NCBI RefSeq assembly: GCF_036365525.1
Contig: NC_090378.1
Span: forward strand, 118,467,593-118,531,592
Source: Heterodontus francisci
Taxonomy: Eukaryota
Direction: 5' to 3'
DNA length: 64,000 bases
Both the position numbers and the translations under genes were made by a program. How positions within the stretch are numbered: position 1 is the stretch's first letter; every line of letters starts with the position of its first letter. Under the pieces are notes generated by a model that was given only the letters and a program-made list of their open reading frames with translations, searched no databases and was not told the DNA's origin. Below, piece by piece: positions 52,753-64,000 of this stretch.

Positions 52753-52787
52753 TCAGTCTGAGCTTGGTTCCTTTACCGAACGTAAAC
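52753..52787 (-). CDS. IGKJ: Immunoglobulin kappa-type J segment, unrearranged
   Basis: GTTTACGTTCGGTAAAGGAACCAAGCTCAGACTGA encodes FTFGKGTKLRL(S) with the FGXG motif. GTAAGT donor at 52747-52752; the phase matches the C exon (A+GC gives Ser). Confidence 0.95.
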
Positions 52788-52826
52788 CACACTGACAGCT
52801 TCCAGTGCAGGGGCTGTACAATATCC
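52788..52826 (+). promoter_or_regulatory. 23-bp-spacer recombination signal sequence of J
   Basis: Heptamer CACACTG (52788-52794), 23-nt spacer, nonamer ACAATATCC (52818-52826); consensus is CACAGTG / ACAAAAACC. Confidence 0.93.
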
Positions 52827-52829
52827 TCT

Positions 52830-53690
52830 GCTCTCTGTTTCACTCACTCACTCTCACCCTCTCTCTGTCTTTCACTGTCACTGTGTCTCTTTCTCTGTCA
52901 CTCTTTGCCTGTGTGTATGTGTGTCTCTGTCTCTCACACTCTCTCTATATATATCTATTTGTCTCTGTCTCTATGTGTGCTTCTGTCTGTCTCTGTCTGT
53001 GTGTGTCATTCACAGTGTGTCACACTCTGTCTCTGCTACTTTGGGTTTCTCTCACATTCTGTCTCTCTCTCATTGTTTTCTCTCACTCTGTCTCTTTCAC
53101 TCTCTCATTATGTCCCTCTCTCTCACTCCCTGTTACTCTGTCTCTGTCACACGCTCTCTCTCTCTCACACTCTCTCTCAATCTGTCTCTCTCTTTCTCTC
53201 ACTCACTCTGTCTCTCTTTCTCACTCTCTCTCACTCCCTCACTCTGTCTCTCTTTTTCTCCCTCTCACTGTCTCTCTCTTTCTTTCTCTCTCACTCTCTC
53301 TCTCTTTCTCCCTCTCACTCTCTCATTCTGCCTCACTCTGTCTCTCTNNNNNNNNNNNNNNNNNNNNNNNNNNNNNNNNNNNNNNNNNNNNNNNNNNNNN
53401 NNNNNNNNNNNNNNNNNNNNNNNNNNNNNNNNNNNNNNNNNNNNNNNNNNNNNNNNNNNNNNNNNNNNNNNNNNNNNNNNNNNNNNNNNNNNNNNNNNNN
53501 NNNNNNNNNNNNNNNNNNNNNNNNNCTCTCATTCAGTCTCACTCTGTCTCTCTTTTTCTCCCTCTCACTATCTCTCTCTTTCTCTCTCTCTCACTCTCTC
53601 ACTTTGTCTCCCTTTCTCACTCTGTCTCTCTTTTTCTCCCTCTCACTCTCTCTCTCTTTCTCTCTCTCTCACTTTCTCTCTCTCTGTCTC
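52830..53690. repeat. CT-rich low-complexity tract with a 178-N assembly gap (53348-53525)
   Basis: Read directly. Confidence 0.95.
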
Positions 53691-54474
53691 TAACAGACTG
53701 GGATGAATTCTCCCGGTGCCATGGAGACGGGGTTCTCATTTGGAGGTTGGGCAGGACTGGGAAAAATACGACGAGCCGTGTCAACATGGCTCCCTGACAC
53801 ATTCCCGCCTCCGGGTTACTTTCCCATGGGTGTACTGGGAACCGGTCATCTGCTGCCTCCATGGAGATGGGCAGACAATTCGAGCAATGAAGTTCACATT
53901 TAGGGGCCATTTTTGAGCCGGTGCTGGTATTTTACCAACGTCGGAGCGGCCTCCCCACCCCCGAGTGCGGAGGCCACCAGCTCAATGGAGGAGGCCTCCC
54001 GGCAGCAGGCCTGGGGACCATCGGAGACGGAGACTCTATGTCCCAATGACAGAGCTACAGGGATGAAAAGCTGCAGTCCCGCCTGTTAATAATCCTGTGG
54101 AGGAGTTTCCTAACCCTAACCCTCTTCAACCTGATGGCCCAACTGGCTTCAGCCCTTTTTATTTTACTATTCCTCTACAGGCAGCCAAGGGCGTCTCCAT
54201 GTTGAGGGGCCCTCACTCTCGCCTGCCTGTTTCAGCAGGGCCCACCTCTCCCGGTGGAGCTGCCAGCCTGACATCACTGTGGGCCCTCTGATTGGGCCTG
54301 CAGGCTCGGGAGCCTGACTGCCATCATTAATAGGACAGTGAGTGTGGAGGTGACCAATTAAGAGGCTGCCTCCCAGAAAGTTGCTCCGGCGAGTGCTGAT
54401 GACATGGGCAGGCTCGGGACCCTCATATAGGCCAGAAGTCAGAGTCCCAATGTCCACTGGGCCAACCAGCCATC

Positions 54475-54732
54475 TCTCTCTCTCACGCTGTCCCTCTTGT
54501 GCTCTTTCCCTCTGTCTATCTCACTATCTCCCTCTCTCTCTTTCTCTCATTCTCTTTCTCTCACTCTTTCTCTCTCTCTATCTGTCTCTCTCTAGCACTT
54601 TCTCTCTCTCTCCTACTGTCTCTCTTTATCTCTCTCTCTCTCTCTCACTGTCTCTCTTTCTGTCATTCTCTCTCTCCCACTGTCTCTGTTTCTCTCTCTC
54701 TCCTGCTGTCTCTGCTTCACTCTCTCTCTCTG
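54475..54732. repeat. CT-rich low-complexity tract
   Basis: Read directly. Confidence 0.9.
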
Positions 54733-54984
54733 TTTGAATTCCATGCTGCCGTGCTTGGGAAAGTTGGGAATTCTACTTGTCGATGATAAATCTTCCAGCT
54801 GCTCTTCCCACCACATCAGATGGAAAAACCTGGAGCCACTCAATTCCTGGAAAATGAAAATCTCCCAGCTAACCGAGCTCACCTGCCTGTGCCCTGGAAA
54901 AAAGGGGAGGAGTGTTTCTGTAAATGTGATGTTTCTGTTGCTGACTCTGCTCTTCCTCATGGACCATTTGAAAACAGTGAGTTT

Positions 54985-55420
54985 CAGAGTCGGTGGATCA
55001 TGTCTACATGGAGTGGGAGAGGTTGTGGCCCCTGTTCCATTATTTGAAGGGGCTGCTCCTCATCCTCTGGTTCCAATTCAGGCCCACACTCCTGATCTTT
55101 GGCCACCCAGTGCAGAGGGGACTGGGCAGGTTGGAGGCCCCTCCTCGTGGGTCTGCTCCTGGGCCTGGCCAAGGTGTCCATCCACAGGCCCGAGTTGGAT
55201 GGGACCCATGGGGGTGGTGGCACTGGCTGCCAGTCTCTCTACCATGGCATTGTCCCCACCCGGGTGGCCCTGGAGAAGGAGCAGGGGGTGTCTGCTGGGT
55301 CACTTGAGGCCTTCAGGCTGCAGTGGGCACCACAGGGACAGGAGTGTGTAGTGGATCGTGGAAATAACATCAGGCTTTAATTTGTTCAGTTTGCTTTCTA
55401 TTTATGATTTCAGTTTTATT
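54985..55420 (+). mobile_element. Tx1-clade LINE 3' fragment
   Basis: HVYMEWERLWPLFHYLKGLLLILWFQFRPTLLIFGHP, homologous to 34530-34900. Confidence 0.85.
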
Positions 55421-55844
55421 CATTTCGACACTTTTCTAAATTGGATTTTGATTGGTGAAAATTGTGTCATCCAGATTGTCCAATCAGATGATAAGAAACC
55501 TGTTTCCATAGTAACTGACCTGGGGTGTCTGACCTGGGATGGGGGGTCAATAATAATGATCAATAATTAGTCTGTGCTCATGAAGCGACTCCACGAGAAC
55601 CCAGAGAGAATCGAATGAAGCAAAATGTCAAATCTCCAGAGCTGTGAGATTCTCACTGATGAAGACAGCAGCTCCTCGTCCTCTCTAAACTCCTCCATCC
55701 TTTCTCAATTCCTCACACCGTTCAGGGGAATGTTTCTGTCAACACTCTCATCGACACATGTGGCAGCAATGCACAAAACAGCAAATATTTCCCAGATAGA
55801 TAAGACAGGAGATTGAAGCAACTGTTTTAATAGAAGGTCTGTTT

Positions 55845-58800
55845 ATTATATAATAAATATAACTGTGGGATGTGTCGGTACAGGAGGTGGGACTGTGTGT
55901 CCATTATTAACTATTATATATAACTGTGGGATGTGTCAGTACAGGAGGTGGGACTGTGTGTCCATTATTATATATTATATATAACTGTGGGATGTGTCAG
56001 TGCAGGAGGTGTGACTGTGTGTCCATTATTATATATTATATATAACTGTGGGATGTGTCGGTACAGGAGGTGGGACTGTGTGTCCATTATTAACTATTAT
56101 ATATAACTGTGGGATGTGTCAGTACAGGAGGTGGGACTGTGTATCCATTATTATATATTATATATAACTGTGGATGTGTCAGTAGTGAAATTGGGACTGT
56201 GTGTCCATTATTATATATTATATATAACGGTGGATGTGTCAGTAGAGAAATTGGGACTGTGTGTCCATTATTATATATTATATATAACTGTGGGATGTGT
56301 CAGTGCAGGAGGTGGGACTGTGCGTCCATTATTATATATTATATATAACTGTGGGATGTGTCAGTGCAGGAGGTGGGACTGTGTGTCCATTATTATATAT
56401 TATATATAACTGTGGGATGTATCAGTGCAGGAGGTCGGACTGTGCATCCATTATTATATATTATATAGAACAGTGGAACGTGTCAGTCGAGGAGGTGGGA
56501 CTGTGCGTCCCTTATTATATATTATCTAGAACTGTGGGATGTGTCAGTGCGGGAGGTGGGACTGTGCGTCCCATATTATATATTATATATAACAGTGGAA
56601 CGTGTCAGTCGAGGAGGTGGGACTGTGCGTCCCTTATTATATATTATATATAACTGTGGAACGTGTTAGTCGAGGAGGTGGGACTGTGCGTCCCTTATTA
56701 TATATTATATATAACTGTGGAACGTGTCAGTCGAGGAGGTGGGGCTGTGCGTCCCTTATTATATATTATATATAACTGTGGAACGTGTTAGTCGAGGAGG
56801 TGGGACTGTGCGTCCCTTATTATATATTATATATAACTGTGGAACGTGTCAGTCGAGGAGGTGGGACTGTGCGTCCCTTATTATATATTATATATAACTG
56901 TGGAACGTGTCAGTCGGGTAGGTGGGACTGTGCGTCCATTATTATATATGATATATAACTGTGGAACGTGTCAGTCGAGGAGGTGGGACTGTGTGTTCAT
57001 TATTATATATTATCTATAACTGTGGAATGTGTCAGTGCGGGAGGTGGGCTGTGAGTCCATTATTATATATTATATATAAATGTGGAACATGTCAGTCGGG
57101 TAGGTGGGACTGTGCGTCCATTATTATATATTATATATAACTGTGGGATGTGTCAGTGCGGGAGGTGGGACTGTGTGTCCATTATTATATATTATCTATA
57201 ACTGTGGGATGTGTCAGTGCGGGAGGTGGGACTGTCTGTCCATTATTATATATTATATATAACTGTGGGATGTGTCAGTCCAGGAGGTGGGACTGTGTGT
57301 CCATTATTATATATTATATATAACTGTGTGATGTGTCAGTGCGGGAGGTGGGACTGTGTGTCCATTATTATATATTATATATAAATGTGGAACATGTCAG
57401 TCGGGTAGGTGGGACTGTGCGTCCATTATTATATATTATATATAACTGTGGGATGTCAGTACAGGAGGTGGGACTGTGTGTCCATTATTATATATTATAT
57501 ATAACTGTGGGATGTGTCAGTGCGGGAGGTGGGACTGTGTGTCCATTATTATATATTATATATAACTGTGGAACGTGTCAGTCGAGGAGGTGGCACGGTG
57601 CGTCCATTAATATATATTATATATATCTGTGGGATGTGTCAGTACAGGAGGTCGGACTGTGTGTCCATTATTATATATTATATATAACTGTGGGATGTGT
57701 CAGTGCGGGAGGTGGGACTGTCTGTCCATTATTATATATTATATATAACTGTGGAACGTGTCAGTCGAGGAGGTGGCACGGTGCGTCCATTAATATATAT
57801 TATATATATCTGTGGGATGTGTCAGTACAGGAGGTGGGACTGTGTGTCCATTATTATATATTATATATAACTGTGGGATGTGTCAGTGCGGGAGGTGGGA
57901 CTGTGTGTCCATTATTATATATTATATATAACTGTGGGATGTGTCAGTACAGGAGGTGGGACTGTGTGTCCATTATTATATATTATATATAACTGTGGAA
58001 CGTGTCAGTCGAGGAGGTGGGACTGTGCGTCCATTATTATATATTATATATAACTGTGGGATGTGTCAGTTCGGGAGGTGGGACTGTGTGTCCATTATTA
58101 TATATTATATATAACTGTGGGATGTGTCAGTGCGGGAGGTGGGACTGTGTGTCCATTATTATATATTATATATAACTGTGGGATGTGTCAGTGCGGGAGG
58201 TGGGACTGTGTGTCCATTATTATATATCATATATAAATGTGGGATGTGTCAGTGCAGGAGGTGGGACTGTGTGTCCATTATTATATATTATATATAACTG
58301 TCGGATGTGTCAGTGCGGGAGGTGGGACTGTGTGTCCATTATTATATATTCTAGATAACTGTCGGATGTGTCAGTACAGGAGGTGGGACTGTGTGTCCAA
58401 TATTATGTCTTATATATAACTGTGGGATGTGTCAGTGCGGGAGGTGGGACTGTGTGTCCATGAACATATATTATATATAACTGTGGGATGTGTCAGTACA
58501 GGACATGGGACTGTGAGCCCATTATTATATATTCTAGATAACAGTGGGATCTGTCAGGACAGGAGGTGGGGCTGTCTGTCCAATATTATATATTATATAT
58601 AACTGTGGGACGTGTCAGTCCAGGAGGTGGGACTGTGTGTCCATTATTATATATTAGATATAACTGTGGGATGTGTCAGTACAGGAGGTGGGACTGTGTG
58701 TCCATTATTATATATTATATATAAATGTGGGATGTGTCAGTGCAGGAGGTGGGACTGTGTGTCCATTATTATATATTATATATAACTGTGGGATGTGTCA

Positions 58801-61800
58801 GTGCGGGAGGTGGGACTGTGTGTCCATGAACATATATTATATATAACTGTAGGATGTGTCAGTACAGGACGTGGGACTGTGAGCCCATTATTATATATTC
58901 TAGATAACAGTGGGATGTGTCAGTACAGGGGGTGGGACTGTGTGTCCATTATTATATTTTATATATAACTGTGGGATGTGTCAGTGCAGGAGGTGGGACT
59001 GTGTGTCCATTATTATATATTATATATAACTGAGGGATGTGTCAGGACAGGAGGTGGGACTGTGTGTCGATTATTATATATTATATATAACTGTGGGATG
59101 TGTCAGAGCGGGAGGTGGGATTTTGTGTCCATTATTATATATAATATATAAATGTGGGATGTGTCAGTGCAGGAGGTGGGACTGTGTGTCCATTATTATC
59201 TATTATATATAACTGTGGGATGTGTCAGTGCGGGAGGTGGGACTGTGTGTCCATTATTATATATTATATATAACTGTGGGATGTGTCAGTGCGGGAGGTG
59301 GGACTGTGTGTCCATTATTATATATTATATATAACTGTGGGTTGTGTCAGTAGAGGAGGTGGGACTGTGAGTCCATTATTATATATAATATATAATTGTG
59401 GGATGTGTCAGTGCGGGAGGTGGGACTGTGTGTCCATTATTATATATTATATATAACTGTGGGTTGTGTCAGTAGAGGAGGTGGGACTGTGAGTCCATTA
59501 TTATATATAATATATAATTGTGGGATGTGTCAGTGCGGGAGGTGGGACTGTGTATCCAATATTATATATTATGTATAACTGTGGGATGTGTCAGTGCAGG
59601 AGGTGGGACTGTGAGTCCATTATTATAAATAATTTATAATTGTGGGATGTGTCAGTGCAGGAGGTGGGACTGTGTGTCCAATATTATATATTATGTATAA
59701 CTGTGGGATGTGTCAGTGCAGGAGGTGGGACTGTGTGTCCAATATTATATATTATATATAACTGTGGGATGTGTCAGTGAGGGAGGTGGGACTGTGTGTC
59801 CATTATTATATATTATATATAACTGTGGAACGTGTCAGTGTGGGAGGTGGGACTATGCGTCCATTATTATATATTATATATAACTGTGGAATGTGTCAGT
59901 CGAGGAGGTGGGACTGTGCGTCCATTATTATATATTATATATAACTGTGGAACGTGTCAGTCGAGGAGGTGGGACTGTGCGTCCCTTATTATATATTATA
60001 TATAACTGTGGAAAGTGTCAGTCGAGGAGGTGGGACTGTGTGTCCATTATTATATATTATATATAACTGTGGGATGTGTCAGTGCGGGAGGTGGGACTGT
60101 GTGTCCATTATTATATATTATATATAACTGTGGGATGTGTCAGTACAGGAGGTGGGACTGTGTGTCCATTATTATATATTATATATAAGTGTGGAACGTG
60201 TCAGTCGAGGAGGTGGGACTGTGCGTCCATTATTATATATTATATATAACTGTGGGATGTGTCAGTTCGGGAGGTGGGACTGTGTGTCCATTATTATATA
60301 TCATATATAAATGAGGGATGTGTCAGTGCAGGAGGTGGGACTGTGTGTCCATTAATATATATTATATATAACTGTCGGATGTGTCAGTGCGGGAGGTGGG
60401 ACTGTGTGTCCATGATTATATATTCTAGATAACTGTCGGATGTGTCAGTACAGGAGGTGGGACCGTGTGTCCAATATTATGTCTTATATATAACTGTGGG
60501 ATGTGTCAGTGCGGGAGGTGGGACTGTGTGTCCATGAACATATATTATATATAACTGTGGGATGTGTCAGTACAGGACGTGGGACTGTGAGCCCATTATT
60601 ATATATTCTAGATAACAGTGGGATCTGTCAGGACAGGAGGTGTGGCTGTCTGTCCAATATTATATATTATATATAACTGTCGGATGTGTCAGTACAGGAG
60701 GTGGGACTGTGTGTCCAATATTATGTCTTATATATAACTGTGGGACGTGTCAGTCCAGGAGGTGGGACTGTGTGTCCATTATTATATATTAGATATAACT
60801 GTGGGATGTGTCAGTACAGGAGGTGGGACTGTGTGTCCATTATTATATATTAAATATAACTGTGGGATGTGTCAGTACAGGAGGTGGGACTGTGTGTCCA
60901 TTATTATATATTATATATAAATGTGGGATGTGTCAGTGCAGGAGGTGGGACTGTGTGTCCATTATTATATATTATATATAACTGTGGGATGTGTCAGTGC
61001 GGGAGGTGGGACTGTGTGTCCATGAACATATATTATATATAACTGTGGGATGTGTCAGTACAGGACGTGGGACTGTGAGCCCATTATTATATATTCTAGA
61101 TAACAGTGGGATCTGTCAGGACAGGAGGTGGGGCTGTCTGTCCAATATTATATATTATATATAACTGTCGGATGTGTCAGTACAGGAGGTGGGACTGTGT
61201 GTCCAATATTATGTCTTATATATAACTGTGGGACGTGTCAGTCCAGGAGGTGGGACTGTGTGTCCATTATTATATATTAGATATAACTGTGGGATGTGTC
61301 AGTACAGGAGGTGGGACTGTGTGTCCATTATTATATATTAAATATAACTGTGGGATGTGTCAGTACAGGAGGTGGGACTGTGTGTCCATTATTATATATT
61401 ATATATAAATGTGGGATGTGTCAGTGCAGGAGGTGGGACTGTGTGTCCATTATTATATATTATATATAACTGTGGGATGTGTCAGTGCGGGAGGTGGGAC
61501 TGTGTGTCCATGAACATATATTATATATAACTGTGGGATGTGTCAGTACAGGACGTGGGACTGTGAGCATATTATTATATATTCTAGATAACAGTGGGAT
61601 GTGTCAGTACAGGGGGTGGGACTGTGTGTCCATTATTATATATTATATATAACTGTGGGATGTGTCAGTGCAGGAGGTGGGACTGTGTGTCCATTATTAT
61701 ATATTATATATAACTGAGGGATGTGTCAGGACAGGAGGTGGGACTGTGTGTCGATTATTATATATTATATATAACTGTGGGATGTGTCAGAGCGGGAGGT

Positions 61801-64000
61801 GGGATTTTGTGTCCATTATTATATATAATATATAAATGTGGGATGTGTCAGTGCAGGAGGTGGGACTGTGTGTCCATTATTATCTATTATATATAACTGT
61901 GGGATGTGTCAGTGCGGGAGGTGGGACTGTGTGTCCATTATTATATATTATATATAACTGTGGGATGTGTCAGTGCGGGACGTGGGACTGTGTGTCCATT
62001 ATTATATATTATATATAACTGTGGGTTGTGTCAGTAGAGGAGGTGGGACTGTGAGTCCATTATTATATATAATATATAATTGTGGGATGTGTCAGTGCAG
62101 GAGGTGGGACTGTGTGTCCAATATTATATATTATATATAACTGTGGGATGTGTCAGTGCGGGAGGTGGGACTGTGTGTCCATTATTATATATTATATATA
62201 ACTGTGGAACGTGTCAGTGTGGGAGGTGGGACTATGCGTCCATTATTATATATTATATATAACTGTGGAAAGTGTCAGTCGAGGAGGTGGGACTGTGTGT
62301 CCATTATTATATATTATATATAACTGTGGGATGTGTCAGTGCGGGAGGTGGGACTGTGTGTCCATTATTATATATTATATATAACTGTGGGATGTGTCAG
62401 TACAGGAGGTGGGACTGTGTGTCCAATATTATGTCTTATATATAACTGTGGAACGTGTCAGTGTGGGAGGTGGGACTATGCGTCCATTATTATATATTAT
62501 ATATAACTGTGGAAAGTGTCAGTCGAGGAGGTGGGACTGTGTGTCCATTATTATATATTATATATAACTGTGGGATGTGTCAGAGCGGGAGGTGGGACTG
62601 TGTGTCCATTATTATATATTATATATAACTGTGGGATGTGTCAGTACAGGAGGTGGGACTGTGTGTCCAATATTATGTCTTATATATAACTGTGGGACGT
62701 GTCAGTCCAGGAGGTGGGACTGTGTGTCCATTATTATATATTAGATATAACTGTGGGATGTGTCAGTACAGGAGGTGGGACTGTGTGTCCATTATTATAT
62801 ATTAAATATAACTGTGGGATGTGTCAGTACAGGAGGTGGGACTGTGTGCCCATTATTATATATTATATATAACTGTGGGATGTGTCAGTGCGGGAGGTGG
62901 GACTGTGTGTCCATGAACATATATTATATATAACTGTGGGATGTGTCAGTACAGGACGTGGGACTGTGAGCCCATTATTATATATTCTAGATAACAGTGG
63001 GATGTGTCAGTACAGGGGGTGGGACTGTGTGTCCATTATTATATATTATATATAACTGTGGGATGTGTCAGTGCAGGAGGTGGGACTGTGTGTCCATTAT
63101 TATATATTATATATAACTGAGGGATGTGTCAGGACAGGAGGTGGGACTGTGTGTCGATTATAATATATTATATACAACTGTGGGATGTGTCAGTACAGGA
63201 GGTGCGACTGTGTGTCCATTATTATTATTATATATAACTGTGGGATATGTCAGTGCAGGAGGTGGGACTGTATGTCGATTATTATATATTATATATAACT
63301 GTGGGATGTGTCAGAGCGGGAGGTGGGATTTTGTGTCCATTATTATATATAATATATAAATGTGGGATGTGTCAGTGCAGGAGGTGGGACTGTGTGTCCA
63401 TTATTATCTATTATATATAACTGTGGGATGTGTCAGTGCGGGAGGTGGGACTGTGTGTCCATTATTATATATTATATATAACTGTGGGTTGTCTCAGTAG
63501 AGGAGGTGGGACTGTGAGTCCATTATTATATATAATATATAATTGTGGGATGTGTCAGTGCAGGAGGTGGCACTGTGTGTCCAATATTATATATTATATA
63601 TAACTGTGGGTTGTGTCAGTAGAGGAGGTGGGACTGTGAGTCCATTATTATATATAATATATAATTGTGGGATGTGTCAGTGCGGGAGGTGGGACTGTGT
63701 ATCCAATATTATATATTATGTATAACTGTGGGATGTGTCAGTGCAGGAGGTGGGACTGTGTGTCCAATATTATATATTATGTATAACTGTGGGTTGTGTC
63801 AGTAGAGGAGGTGGGACTGTGAGTCCATTATTATATATAATATATAATTGTGGGATGTGTCAGTGCAGGAGGTGGGACTGTGTGTCCAATATTAAATATT
63901 ATATATAACTGTGGGATGTGTCAGTGCGGGAGGTGGGACTGTGTGTCCATTATTATATGTTATATATAACTGTGGAACGTGTCAGTGTGGGAGGTGGGAC
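55845..64000. repeat. 61-bp tandem satellite (ATATAACTGTGGGATGTGTCAGTGCAGGAGGTGGGACTGTGTGTCCATTATTATATATTAT), >130 copies, runs off the window end
   Basis: Unit read directly; it shifts by 1 nt per 60-nt line. Confidence 0.98.

Noticed and set aside
52764-53797. Ser/Leu-rich ORFs spanning the gap
   Set aside because: CT microsatellite plus N run.
53690-55840. Candidate location of the kappa V and leader exons
   Set aside because: No Cys/WYQQ/YYC motifs, 12-RSS or octamer promoter seen on either strand; it consists of GC-rich repeat-like DNA, a CT tract, a Tx1 fragment and short unique sequence.

Overview
This is eukaryotic, repeat-dominated DNA from a cartilaginous fish (shark); no prokaryotic features are present. 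The only recognisable host gene is part of an immunoglobulin kappa-type (chondrichthyan type III/NS4-like) light-chain cluster on the minus strand. It has one unrearranged J segment (52753-52787) with a 23-bp-spacer RSS (52788-52826), a 7.68-kb J-C intron, and an intact C exon (44744-45072) with candidate polyA signals. I found no V segment in the 11 kb upstream of J, which is mostly a 61-bp satellite. The rest of the window holds large tandem arrays (36, 34, 42, 45 and 61-bp units) and nested transposons. The transposons are many CR1-clade LINEs (one very young), RTE and Tx1 LINEs, a Deu-type SINE, hAT elements, a Harbinger fragment, a solo LTR, and Gypsy, GalEa-like Copia and retrovirus-like pol fragments. 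A diverged second copy of part of the J-C intron lies about 31 kb away (17240-18890). Family assignments come from motif recognition by eye, not database searches. Most long ORFs in the track are artefacts of tandem repeats.
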